From the NCBI GenBank assembly GCA_010093605.1, contig MU004186.1, positions 699,765 through 763,764 on the forward strand: a DNA stretch of 64,000 nucleotides, given 5' to 3'. Below the pieces are notes generated by a model. That model searched no databases and was not told where the DNA came from. It saw only the letters and a program-made list of their open reading frames with translations. Position 1 is the stretch's first letter. Each line of letters starts with the position of its first letter. This DNA is from Lophium mytilinum (Eukaryota). A program made the translations under genes and the position numbers. This document shows positions 12,401 to 24,143 of this stretch, in pieces.

Positions 12401-15029
12401 GGAGTGGGAAGGGGATGGCGCCGGGTGGGGGCGCGAGGGGGCAGTTGCGGGCGTGGAGGACGGGGTAGGGGGAGCGGCGGAGGTGGCGGGGGGGCGCGAG
12501 GGGCGCTTTGTTTGCCATGATTTGTTGGCTGGTGCCTGGGGGCGAGGCGCGGCGGGCGAGGGTGGAGGGGGGGATGGTGTCGAGGAGAGGGTCGCGGGCG
12601 GCGATGGTGGAGAGGGTGGGGGTGGAGAGGGGGTCGGCGAGGGCGTAGAAGATGCTGAGGGTTTGGATGAGGGGGGCGATGGGTTTGAGGTGCAGGTTGA
12701 AGGGGGTGGTGAGCCAGGTTTGCCAGGGAGTAGGGAGGAAGGGGGAGCCCCAGTAGAGAGTCGAAGCATGATCGGGGCGGTTGCCGAGGAGGAGGTGGAG
12801 GGGGATGGAAGCGTCGCGGAGCATGTCGAAGTAGGCCTTGATCGAGGCGAGCTGCTGGGGGGTTGGGACGGCTGGGGTTGGGAGGTCGGGGGAGGGGTCG
12901 TGGGTTGGTAGAGTATGTTCTATGAGGGGCGTCCAGTCGAAGATGGGCTGCCAGTCGAGGTTGTCGTGTAGCCATCTGAAGATGATGGGCAGGCGGAAGG
13001 TTGGGCGGAAGTCTGTAGCTGACATGTCCTGGGCTTTTGTTCCCCACTCACTCATTCTGACAGGTCGTCTGGCTGCATCAAACCATTCGACTAGCGTTAG
13101 TGGAGATAGGACGGACGTACAAGATGGATTGGGCCAGAGAATATTCTTATAATGCAAGGGTTGGGCATCGACCTCTCTCGTATCTGGAATCTCTGGCGAG
13201 AGTGGGAATGCTCTGATAGCTAGCCACAGCTCGAAGGCTCTGGTGATTCGGCCAAGGCACTGTGCTGCGGTCTTCGCTCTATCGAAGTCGTTACGTTCTA
13301 CGATAGCCTCGTGCTTTCGCTCGCAGCGTAGTTCCTCCATGTTGATCTCGTTATGCACACTAGCTGCAATGACTTGTGCTGAAATGTTGAGGGGCCTTGG
13401 CTTCTCGAGTTCATATTTGCTGTACGCGTCCAAGGGGTACGTCTGCAGCCAGGCTCCGAGATCTATGCCGACTTTGGTGATATTTGTTGTCGAGACGATG
13501 TGCTCGAGGAGTAGGCTTAGCCATTCCATAGATTGCCGCAACTCCAGTCGAGACACCGTTGGGGATACATTCTCCACAAGGCAATCGATGAAGGCGCAGA
13601 TATTCCAGTGGACTTGCGACGGCGTTGTCTTCTGGTCATCCGGTTCGTAAAAGCCCCGTATGGACAACGTTTCTAGGTTCTCGCACTTGCTCAAAAACGT
13701 CCAGGATCCGTAAGTCGGCCTCAGCATATCACTCTTCCGCAACGTATAATCATCCCAAGGCTGTCCAGGCTCAGATTTGTAGCATTCAAGCTGATGATAT
13801 CGCATATCCGCCCAGTTTCTGAGGCTCAGCCATTTCAGTCTCTTGAACAAGGGTGGCGGTCCTTTTCGTCTGAAGAGAGCACGGAGTCTTGAGTCGTCCG
13901 GCGGCTCTTCAGTTGTTATGCTGTCATCCAGTCCATACGTTCCCTCCTTCTGGGGAGCTTGATATTGACCATCAGACTTCCATGCTTCTCTGACCCTCGC
14001 AACCTTCGCTTTTATCGGCGGTTCTTGGTTGTCCCAAGAAGACTCTTGTGCTAAAACTTTCATGCTCAGGCTAGTTAACAGCGCTCCAGCCGTTTCAGCG
14101 CGCGCTTTGTCTCTAACCCAGTTGTGGACATCCGCATACAGCGGGTCGGCCTCAGCTCGATACCGTGCTTTCTCGGCATCTGTGAGCTCGGGGAGAAGGC
14201 TGAGATCGTCTTCAGATAGCTTCACAGGCCAGGTCCCAGCATCCACGATAGCGCGCTCAATCTCGTCCCAATAAGGCGGATAGGAGTCATCGATGATTCT
14301 TTCCCTCTTATACGACATAGAGTGCTTCTTAGACTTAAAGCCATACCCGTCTTCAGGTGTGATATATTCATCATCTGTGTCCTCGGGATACCAGACGTAG
14401 TCGCTCAGGTCACTCAAATCCAGCGCCTCTAACGCGGGAAGCTCCTTAGCGATCCAGCGGAAGTCGTCTAGGAGCATCCAGTGAGAGACAGCGATGCGCC
14501 GGACAGACCAGCGGCTCTCGTCACATTTGCTGATGGCAGCTTTGAAATCCATCCATCGCTGTCTTCCGCGTTGTTTTTGGCCTGGTCTGCGATTGAGGCC
14601 GAGTAATGCTCGACGGTCGGTACCCGTTTGCCATTGTTGCTGGGTCAGGCCTTTCCAGTCGGCATAGGTGAACGGTTCGTAGTACTGGCCTTCAAGAGAC
14701 ACAGCCGACCGAGTATGGTACAAGTGTTTGCAGGTGCTCCGTAGGAGGTAGCTAGCCTCGCGACCGCAGAGCAGGAATATTTCGCGGAGGATGTTGTCTG
14801 GTTGGCGACATAGGATATTTCTTACGTTATCGATAGAGGTGATCTTCCGAAGTGGGGATGAGGGGCCCCCTACATTCGTGGTTGGAGAGTTGCGAGTGGG
14901 CGCCTGATTGCCACTTATCGAAAATATATTGAAGCCAGGGGGTATATTGCTGGCTCCTAGTCCTGGTATCTGCGGGGGGCTAGGAGGTATGTTGCTCTGG
15001 CTCCCTCTTGATGATTGGCCGTAGTCCAT
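9456..15029 (-). CDS. 1857-aa protein: F-box-like N-terminus, LRR-like region, Glu/Arg coiled coil, C-terminal SAP domain and basic NLS-like tail
   Basis: Uninterrupted 5.57-kb ORF. PDNILREIFLLC...LRSTCKHLY (F-box-like); LPALEALDLS and CENLETLSIRG (LRR-like); YDKQTVKELRALMKERQIPQTGLSRKAQIVEALKEAD (SAP consensus); KRRKKAK. Confidence 0.8.
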   Translation of the reverse strand: MDYGQSSRGSQSNIPPSPPQIPGLGASNIPPGFNIFSISGNQAPTRNSPTTNVGGPSSPLRKITSIDNVRNILCRQPDNILREIFLLCGREASYLLRSTCKHLYHTRSAVSLEGQYYEPFTYADWKGLTQQQWQTGTDRRALLGLNRRPGQKQRGRQRWMDFKAAISKCDESRWSVRRIAVSHWMLLDDFRWIAKELPALEALDLSDLSDYVWYPEDTDDEYITPEDGYGFKSKKHSMSYKRERIIDDSYPPYWDEIERAIVDAGTWPVKLSEDDLSLLPELTDAEKARYRAEADPLYADVHNWVRDKARAETAGALLTSLSMKVLAQESSWDNQEPPIKAKVARVREAWKSDGQYQAPQKEGTYGLDDSITTEEPPDDSRLRALFRRKGPPPLFKRLKWLSLRNWADMRYHQLECYKSEPGQPWDDYTLRKSDMLRPTYGSWTFLSKCENLETLSIRGFYEPDDQKTTPSQVHWNICAFIDCLVENVSPTVSRLELRQSMEWLSLLLEHIVSTTNITKVGIDLGAWLQTYPLDAYSKYELEKPRPLNISAQVIAASVHNEINMEELRCERKHEAIVERNDFDRAKTAAQCLGRITRAFELWLAIRAFPLSPEIPDTREVDAQPLHYKNILWPNPSCTSVLSPLTLVEWFDAARRPVRMSEWGTKAQDMSATDFRPTFRLPIIFRWLHDNLDWQPIFDWTPLIEHTLPTHDPSPDLPTPAVPTPQQLASIKAYFDMLRDASIPLHLLLGNRPDHASTLYWGSPFLPTPWQTWLTTPFNLHLKPIAPLIQTLSIFYALADPLSTPTLSTIAARDPLLDTIPPSTLARRASPPGTSQQIMANKAPLAPPRHLRRSPYPVLHARNCPLAPPPGAIPFPLPHTKLAGGPDAAFPDTDPHDPHSLHALARAAAYEREALGWQRFWRAYALEFGALRALRIRMPKSFDNVSSWRLARLLEREVGWGMLLYFDERVWAADSTHPPLKGRGAQPVRTRPGLTFVRRSWVWDLSWLRGEKGKRRVRGVEFGVRGFGQGDWDVTEAEEVKEERKAQNRADNARRAEVGWLSPAERAARVRAQLARTTTAEVPLGRFGPVRASYVHGAEGVDADLDDPNGRRNTVTIDGIAFEATESQDTSHDETTDTESEPRPPQTHQRVTRLAPRESVQLGPQEDPLGLMDELERPEVSDMVVQTESGVRLFFSANPRGPASTAQADPRERHRRTEETNRITAEAARIEREVREKAEEERLQKILEEKRREFHEARRREEERLAAEKVRQAAEAQAAEERRQKEEEEAAWREAEWAREHMEQMKAEEAENRRIAAQLAEQNAEAARQARLAAEKAKADRELRAAQEAQEDEEQRAIEEEERMHAEEERLQQIREAEISWRRREEEERIRNEERRAREEEEARLEEDRIVRESKEAFEQFVEEHRDRGEDVRQGFLTRWAVSLEKWLASKQTKTVYVLIESEEQPLEHQPQQPPAPQASLSSHDSSSSTGTSTPQEPSPTRQSPSNHHSPPASPQLPVSEMETKDIVQEANQAEENITAEEVEVIRRTSEEITPRSRRRSSNLTKLVQKTQEAEEKLEKAKSELEQIKLRNPVHNTTAAKATDTTEQVTHTADQVKATVKEVKTAAELAEEAAERLREEQALMVYRVRAIVANDQVATATNEDERRKFEGFARKEARGLKWVHEIIREKRRRSSEIRRLFGPPLEEEESVIDLLEIPPMKKEIENESALQKKTEPSESIYDKQTVKELRALMKERQIPQTGLSRKAQIVEALKEADMAADAEGGVKANQGVKRTHEDNLQEEEEAQPKATKARALPATAKRRKKAKTEDAEYTPEPEARRPPRRSARIRESSVKAED

Positions 15030-16117
15030 TGTGAACAGTATTCAAGTCCACGTAAGAAGGTCTCAGTTGAATGTGTGCCACCTGTCCCATGAACATGTTA
15101 GAGAATGCTCATACTGGACTGGTATCTCCCACTGGCTGTTACATACAGTCTCAATTGCGTGGTATTTCCACGTCTTAGCCTGAAAAAAGAAAATCGCGGA
15201 AGTGGTCTCAGAGAGGAAATTTTGTAGGTAATGTCTCGATCGATAGCACAGGAAGGCGAGTGATCGAGAAGCGGAAGAAACAGCTATAGCAAACGTGAAA
15301 AGCTTCCATCTCGGCACCTCTGGATGCGACCGGCGCTCTTTGTTCCCATCTGCAGTCTTCTGATGTCCACCTCGTTAACGTGGCTGAGGGACAAGCGACA
15401 CAAAGAATGCGGCACCCGGATCAGGAATGTAAAAGCTGCTCGCGACACCCTGCGCAATGCGCCATTTCGGGAATCGTCGTTTTAAGTAACAAAGAACATT
15501 GTCGCGATCGTGATACAATAAAATCAGTAAGTATTGGCCACACCCGAGCTTTTAGTTGCAGAGTTTGGATCGAAGTGACAAGACAAGAAATGCTTCAATT
15601 TCAACACTTACTAATCTGCGTCTTCTCGGCAGGTATCGACCTTCCATAGGTTTCGACTTTAAATCTTTTCGGTCAAGCTCACATTACATACACGTGACGT
15701 CCACGTGACTCGGGGGAAACACAGAGTCAGATGGACGGACTAGCATAATTAGAGGAAGATCAATAGCCCTCTCCTGTTTGTGCGACACGAATGAAATACG
15801 GTATGCTGTATGTCGGTTAACATCATAAGAACGACCTTGCTCTGTTAGTTTCCTGTAGGAACTTGGAAGCCAAGATAGACAAGTTGCACCAAAACAGATT
15901 CAGATATTGCAGTGCACCACAGGAGACGTGGGATTGAGGATATCTGAAATCGAAACACGGAACAAAATGAGTTGGTCAGGGTAGGAATTCAAAGTCTCAA
16001 AAGCATCCGGTGCCTCTGTGGATATACTAAGCCCTTAACCATTGCCGAGGTCCCTCAAACAAATCATCCTAGAGGAAGGTGTAATCGTTACTCCATGCCG
16101 AACTGTCCTACACTACT

Positions 16118-17071
<954 letters not shown>

Positions 17072-17472
17072 TGCTGGGGGAAGGGAGTCGCGGGGTTTCG
17101 AGTGGTCGAGGAGTGTGTCGGTATGGGTGCAGGAGAGACAGTGGGCAGTATGAGGAGAGTGTCAGGAGAGTGAGAGCTGGGGAGAAGGGCCCTGGGCTGA
17201 GAGAAGGAAGGAAATGAATTGGCGGGGCCAAACGGTTCTAGCCGCACTGAATACGACTGCCCCTAATAGCGGAGGAAGCAGCGGAAAAGTCCGCTAATTA
17301 AGCTCTTGCACGTGATGTCCGTGATGCGGCTCTGTGAGTGCACCACAGGCCACCGGCGACGCCAGGCTGACATTATTGCTTGCCCGAAGGTTGACAGCTC
17401 CTGGAAATCGACCGAACTGCGCCCTCGACACCTGCAATGCCATAAGGGCCGCCGCTCTTCCACCCCGACGCT

Positions 17473-18769
17473 ATGTGGCGGGACCGCACCAATCTGTTCG
17501 TGACCGACCTCCCTTGAGACGAGACCCAGGAACGAGCTGACTTTGATACAGCTTCATTTCCTACCGCCAATCCTACTCGCATCACCCGCAGAAGAAGCCA
17601 CGGTATGGCGGACCCTCGAACGGGTTCGGCGACGATGCCGGCGACGAGCGCAGGGGGCTCATGTCCGCCGGGGCCTTTGAAGACGACGGCGATGCCGTGA
17701 TAGAGATGGATCTGCTGCCTCCGCGGTGGCTCGACATCCAGGATGAGGTCACCGAGTACCTGGCCGAGATATCCAAACAGAACCGACGCCTGGAGCAGCT
17801 CCACCAGAAGCATGTTTTGCCCGGCTTCGACGACGATGACGTGAAGAAGCGGGAGGAACGCGAGATCGAACAGTTGACCCAGGAGATCACTCGCGGCTTT
17901 CAGAACTGCCAGAAGGCTATCAAGCGCATCGAGAAGATGGTGCGAGACTCGAAGCAGAATGGCACCATCAGCAAAGGCGAGGAGACCATGGCCAAGAATC
18001 TCAAGATATCCCTGGCTTCGCGGGTGGGAGACGTCAGCGCCATGTTCCGGAAAAAGCAGTCTGCGTATCTCAAGAGTAGGCTCCTCTCAAAACAACCGGA
18101 TAACGAGTATATCTGACTGTATAATTAGAGCTCCGTGCCCTCGGAGGCCTCGCCTCGCCATCCGGCCTCCGCTCCCCAACGCCCGTCCAAAATCCATACA
18201 ACGACCCAGCACTCCAAGAATCTGACGCAGATCGCTCGTTCTCGCAATCTACTCTCCTACAAACGGCCCAGAAAAGGCTGACGCATGACCCGAATGCCAC
18301 TCTAATCGCACAACGAGAGCGCGAAATTGAAGACATTGCCCAGGGCATCATCGAGCTGGCCAACATTTTTCAGGAGCTACAGACTATGGTCATCGACCAA
18401 GGGAGTATGCTCGACCGAATCGATTACAACGTGGAGCGCATGGCAACGGACGTAAAGGCTGCCGACAAGGAATTGACTGTCGCCACAGGGTACCAGAAAC
18501 GAAGCGTGAAGAGGAAGATTATGCTATTACTAGTGATTCTGGTGGCAGGAATGTTCATCCTCCTATCGCTAAAGTTGAGTCGGAAGGGTGGGAGCACTTC
18601 GCCTCCAGCAACCCCGCCACCAGCTGCCCCAGAAGTTCCACCTCCGACATTCCAGATCACCGCGAGGAGCATTCGCGCAGAGCGTCAAGATTTAGCAAAG
18701 CCGAGCAGGGACTGGCACCGGCGCAAAAGACGATTATGGAGGGGCCTGGAAGATCCGGCGCTTCTATGA
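17473..18769 (+). CDS. TLG2: Syntaxin-16-like t-SNARE
   Basis: N-peptide MWRDRTNL|FISYRQSY; LPPRWLDI; SNARE motif ...ELQTMVIDQGSMLDRIDYNVE; C-terminal TM IMLLLVILVAGMFILLSL. Introns ~17496-17551 and ~18078-18128. Confidence 0.93.
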
Positions 18770-19409
18770 TGATGTAACACTTCTGTACCATAACTTAATG
18801 AAAGATCGCTTCGCGCTGGCGGGTCCAAGGGTCTCTAATGCTTGCATGTCTAGATCTCGGCTGTGAAAAGGTGTTGACTGGGGGTTGGTTGGCTTCTCAG
18901 CTATAGAGCTCCCGCCATCCTATCGCTTACCCGGTTAAAATCGTCGAACCCAGCTTCCTTATGCACTCGTCCCGGTTTTCCGACTGGGCGCCAGGAGACT
19001 AGTTGTGCGGAGAAGCGCCGTCGGCCCTCAAAATCCGGTGATGGAGTACGTGTCTTAAAGAATCTGGAAACCCTCTTCTCGCAAGGCTTGCTCTCAGCCC
19101 AGCTATAGCTAACATGCATATATTTCACCTCTAGCTTGAATGCTAATAGAAGCTCACTTTTAGTACCTAATAGTGCTACTAGATTTCATCTTCTAGCAAG
19201 GTTTGTTTGGCGATTTCATAGATTCCTTGAATCCCGTATTCGTATCCCTTTCTGGACACATCATGCTAGCCAGGATCGTTATCCTTCCCAGTGGTGTAAC
19301 ACACAATATGTACTAGCCTCATGTTGGCTGCTGGTATATATGTGAATGTTGTCCTCCCGCCAATCTTGTCCGAAAATCGCACACGTTCGATCGCAGTTGG
19401 TTCGTGGTC

Positions 19410-21351
19410 ATGCATTTCAACTACTCCTTAGTGGCTGGCGCACTTTCCATTCTACAGTGTGAGTAGTCCGCTACCATCCAACGAGAGAAGAGAATTCGAG
19501 TCATTAATGACTATCCACAGACCTCCCAAAAGCAGTCACAGCGTCCGTCTCGAATACTACATGGGACTACATAGTGGTCGGCGGTGGCGCCTCTGGCATA
19601 CCTCTTGCGGACAAGCTCTCCGAGAGCGGTAAAACGGTCCTGTTGCTTGAGCGAGGCTTTGCGTCCTCCTACCGGTGGGGCGGAAGTAGGTATACCCTCC
19701 CATCGTCATAGCGTTCGTATTTCTACAGTATTCCGACTGACCGTACTAATCAGAGCTCCGGCCACAATGGCTTGAAGGCAGCAATCTCACGCGCTTCGAC
19801 GTGCCGGCTCTGTATCAATACATATTGGAAAATCCGGCTGATGCGGCAGCGGCCAACATACTCTGCTCAGACTACGTAGCGACCGCCAGTTGCGTCCTAG
19901 GAGGCGGCACGGCTATCAACGCAGGCTTGTGGTGGAAGGTCAGCGCGAAAGTATTCTTTATCTGACCTCAGCGCAACAGCACGAGTCATCAACACATTTG
20001 GCTGACGAGTTTGCAGCCTGGAAGCGCTGACTGGGACACCATCATGCCCATTGGCTGGAATTCTGCCGACATGAGAGCAGCGACCGAGGAGGTCTTTGCC
20101 CGTCTCCCAGGGACAGACATACCGTCGTCGGACGGAAAGTTGTATCTGCAGAAAGGTGCAGAGATCCTCAAGAAGGCACTGACTTCCGCCGAACCACCTT
20201 ATGAGTTTCAGAAAGCAAACGATTCCCCCGATGCTAAAGACGGGACTGTCTCAAATGCTGAACACTTCTTTATGCATGGCGAGAGGGGTGGAGTAATGGA
20301 GACATTCCTAGTGAGCGCAAGTAAACGAGCAAACTTCAAACTACAACTAGAAACCACCGTTACTCGAGTCATCCGACAAGGCAAACAAATCACCGGCGTA
20401 GAAGTCGAAACGCCAGAAGGCTCAGGCACCATCAACGTCACACCCAACACCGGCAAAGTCATCCTCTCCGCCGGCGTTTTCGGAACCAGCAAGATACTTT
20501 TCCGCAGCGGCATAGGTCCTAAAGACCAGCTCTCCCTCCTCAAAGCGAGCCCGGACGGCGTCAACATGGTCGTCGAGGCCGAGTGGATCGACCTTGCCGT
20601 CGGCCACAACCTTGATGACAACCCTAGCATTTACGGAATAATAATAGCCTTGGACGTCGAGACCTACGATTACGTCGGCGCTTTCAACACACCCGTCCCC
20701 GAAGACGCCGCAAAGTATCTAGCCAACCGCTCAGGCCCTCTTGCGCAAATCGAACCTCCCCTGAACCCCTTCTGGTGGGACATCGTCACTGGCACCGATG
20801 GCATTGCGCGGGCGATCCAGTGGTCTGCTATCAGTGGCCAGCTGAATGACACTACCGGGATGGTGCTCACTGCTTCATTAGGCCGCGGGAAGACGTCTCG
20901 CGGGCGTCTAGGGCTGTCTCTCGACCCCTCAACCCCCTTGACCATCAACGTAACTCAAGTTCCCTACTTCAATGACGCCACCGGCGCCGACTTCGCTGCT
21001 GTCGTCTCTTCGCTCGAGAACGTCCTCAAGATCGCGAGAGCGATACCGAATGCCACGATCGTGCTGCCGCCCGAGGGGCAAGACGTCGCTGAATATCTGC
21101 GGGCGGATTTCCCCCCGAGTATGGCGCTGAACTCGAATCATTGGGTTGGGAGCACGAAGATGAGGAGGCGTTGCGGCAAGGGTGTCGTTGTGGATGGTGA
21201 GACGAGAGTTTGTGGAGTTGAGGGTTTGCATGTTGTGGATGCGGGAATTGTTGGAGGTGTGCCGGCCGCGAATCCACAGGCGGTGTTCGTGGCTGTGGCC
21301 GTGAGGGCTGGTGAGAAGATTTTGAAGTTGGATGGGGGGCATGAGTGGTGA
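19410..21351 (+). CDS. Secreted cellobiose-dehydrogenase-like GMC oxidoreductase (AA3_1), flavin domain only
   Basis: Signal-like MHFNYSLVAGALSILQ, then WDYIVVGGGASGIPLADKLSESGKTVLLLERG, LTRFDVP, CVLGGGTAINAGLWWKP, catalytic NHW and ANP. Three introns. No cytochrome domain between signal and FAD motif. Confidence 0.88.
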
Positions 21352-21837
21352 GTATGTGTGTTTATATGGGCCATCTTTACCGTCCGCCCCTGAATCGGTC
21401 CTTGCCTTCTATAATGGCCACTTGCGGGGCAGCGCACCGTGGGACCTCTTGCCAGGTTTGATGGTCGGGTCTTTTAAGTTCGTGGGCGATGCTGAGGCGA
21501 ACCCCTCGTTCTTCAACCACTCTAAATTTTTGAATTCCTACGGGTTAGCGGGCGGTACGTGTAGCACTTTACGCGTCTTTGTTCGACGATTTCCTTTTCA
21601 ATATGCCAAGTCTTACCATGTTAGTCGATCCTAAGTTTTATACGCTTGGCTTCATCATGCCCGTATCTTCTCCTCTACCCAGTCATTAGCCCTCTGGAAG
21701 AACAGAACGTATAAAGTTTCATCACCAGAGTATCATCACGTGTTCAACTTCGCAAGTCAAGATAGATTACATTCATATGCAGAACGTGTGTGCAAAGTTG
21801 GAAAACAAGACATAACCCCTCTCCAGCATCTCCGTCC

Positions 21838-22085
21838 CCAGAGAAACAAGAATGAAAAACTCGGTCTAGACACGTCCTGAGACGTGCTGGTAACAGATGT
21901 ACAAAGAGAAAATATACAGGTATAAATAAAAGAAAGAGAGCCGCAATTTCCACTCCTCCATTCCCTAGGAAAACAAGAAAGACTCGATCTAAACACATCC
22001 TACGGACGTGTTGGTAAAAGACATACAAGAAGTAGAAATACAGGTATAAATGAAAGAAACAGGTCCAGAAATTCCGCCTCCGCAT
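21838..22085. repeat. Imperfect tandem duplication, ~125-bp unit x2
   Basis: Shared blocks AAACAAGAA (21844 / 21971), ACTCG.TCTA.ACAC.TCCT..GACGTG.TGGTAA and TACAGGTATAAAT (21915 / 22039). Confidence 0.85.
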
Positions 22086-22094
22086 TCACGATTC

Positions 22095-22670
22095 CTAAGA
22101 GGAGCCCCCGACTTTCCCTTTCCCTTTTCCTTTGCCGAGTGGCATTGTTAGACCTCCATCCGACGAATCTTCGCTGCTTTCGTTCTTCTGCACAACATAC
22201 TCATCCGGCTTGCCCTTCATCATGAGTCCCTCATCTGATGAAGACTTGTCGCTAAGATCGCTCTCGTTCATAAGACGCGAGTCATCTATGCCGTGCTCCC
22301 TGTAGATAGCGTTCACGTTCCGTGTGACTGTCTGGCAAACGTCGCATCCAAAGCACCGAATTGCCCAGTCTTTAGGTGGATTTTCCAGGTTAACCTCGAT
22401 TAGCTTCCGAAATTCGTTGGTCCAGTACTGATTTCTGCCTTCCAACTTCGGCTGGCAGGTAGGGCATCCGTGTGTGTGAACCTGTATTTCTTCCTCTTCC
22501 TTTCCTGCAAGGCAAGGAGAGGTATTTGGGTCGATCGATTGATCGTCGGCTTCAGCCAGCTTTCCTTTGTGATCCGGGCAACGGTATTGGATGTTATTGT
22601 CCCTGGCTTTCGTGACCGGCCCTCCGTGGCATTCACAGAGCAGGTAGGTGTTGTAGTATATGATGCACAT
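22095..22670 (-). CDS. Small Cys/His-rich hypothetical protein (MC...CxxH...CPxC)
   Basis: ATG 22670 in ACC-ATG context. MCIIYYNTYLLCECHG...CPDH...HTHGCPTC...CFGCDVC, with a basic KGKGKGK tail. Confidence 0.6.
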   Translation of the reverse strand: MCIIYYNTYLLCECHGGPVTKARDNNIQYRCPDHKGKLAEADDQSIDPNTSPCLAGKEEEEIQVHTHGCPTCQPKLEGRNQYWTNEFRKLIEVNLENPPKDWAIRCFGCDVCQTVTRNVNAIYREHGIDDSRLMNESDLSDKSSSDEGLMMKGKPDEYVVQKNESSEDSSDGGLTMPLGKGKGKGKVGGSS

Positions 22671-22959
22671 GGTGGAATCGGAGACGATATTCGTTCGTAG
22701 TGGAAGTGTTGATGCAGGGTAGGCAGACTTCGACTTGAAGGTCGCAGGCAAGTTGGTCAAGAGGGGAAGGATATGTGTGTTTCGAGCGTGGGTTCGGAAG
22801 AATGGCCGTGGAAAATGTTTAGAAGTTCTTGGAGCTTGATAGTATAGACAGAGTATTATGTTCGAGGTTTGGTGGCTGGAAAACGTTCGGGAGAGGGTCT
22901 ACTTATACCAGTAGGAGATTGGCCATTGACGCATCGCACACCCGCTGACTGAATATAGC

Positions 22960-23463
22960 AATATCATTGAAACAAAGACTCAACGATTGAAACGCAACGA
23001 GTTAAGGAATATGAATCAAAAGTCTGTGTTCAAGAGGTGGAAGAGTCAGCCCCGAGCATTGATGCTCAGCGCATGCGCATTCCTACGCACACGCTTTTTC
23101 CGCGAAACATCTACTCCTTCGAGAGTAGCAACATTGAAACAAAGACTCAACAGTTAAGCACGGAAAGGGAGAGGAAACAGCAATCAAAAGTCCGAGTTCG
23201 AGAGGCGGAAGAGTCAAACCGGAGCATTGATGCTCAGCACATACGTTCTTCTACGCAAATGCCATCTCCTCGAAACTTCTACCCCTTCGAGAGTCATAAC
23301 TTCGAAACGATGACAGCAACTGAGACATGCAAAAGGATCAGAGTTATAATTGAAAGGTCTGTGTTTAAAAAGTGGAAGAGTCAACCCAAAGCGTTAATTC
23401 TCAGCCCATGCGTATTCCTACGCAAACGCTATCTCCTCGGAACTCCAACTTTTCCTTCTGAGT
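22960..23463. repeat. Three imperfect tandem repeats of ~167-168 bp
   Basis: GGAAGAGTCA recurs at 23039, 23207 and 23374. TTGAAACAAAGACTCAAC at 22967 and 23134. GAGCATTGATGCTCAGC and CCTTCGAGAGT are shared by copies 1 and 2. Confidence 0.9.
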
Positions 23464-23744
23464 AAGTTAGATACGCTACGAAGGCATATACCTACACATT
23501 CCAGCGATACGTCTGACCATTGGCTCATGCGACGTACCAACATCGTTCTAATCGTAGAGGCTTTGATGGAAGTCCTGTCGCGGCACTCCGGACACTTGTG
23601 ATCATGATACACGTCTAGGCTTGAAGTCGGTGCGTATGGTTTGAGTCTTGAGAACTCGGGCTGTCTCGTCTAGGGGGAATGACTGCACCAATATAACTGA
23701 CTATGTGCGCGCATGAGTAAAACTCCGTGTAATGTGACGCATAT
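23418..23744 (-). pseudogene. Possible decayed small Cys/His 'MC...' gene
   Basis: ATA-TGC (ATG>ATA?) followed across frameshifts by HYTEFYSCAH...* and VYHDHKCPECRDR. Same motif order as the two flanking small genes. Confidence 0.35.
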
Positions 23745-24143
23745 GATAATGTTGGCGAACGAGTCGTGGGTTTTGAATGGGCGATATGAGAGGTTAAAGC
23801 GGTGACAACGAAATGTGGACATGACCTGCGAAGAACAATTGAATTGCGGTATGAAGTAAGCGTTACTTCTGGAGTGAAAGTTTGCTGACGATACCCGGAA
23901 CATGGGCTATCCTGAGGCACCGTTGTTCAAAGAGCGACACGTAGGGTGAAAGAGTGAAGTGCTTGATGAAAACGGCATATAAGAAACTATTCAAGGAGAA
24001 CAAACTCGATATCGGAAACTACCAGTAACTATAAACCACTGTAAGCTTTCCAGAAGAGAACCAGTAGTCTCTCACAAGAAAGGCCATCAAAGATAACAAA
24101 CTTCGCTCACACCACCGACAAAAGCACCACGTCCCGAGAGAAT

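Noticed and set aside
11589..13047. Long overlapping Pro- or Gly-rich ORFs in alternative frames
   Set aside because: Shadow ORFs caused by extreme C/G skew inside the 1857-aa gene.
21744..22085. Hydrophobic 113-aa ORF on the minus strand
   Set aside because: Coincides with the A-rich 125-bp duplication; its composition reflects T-rich 3' flank sequence.
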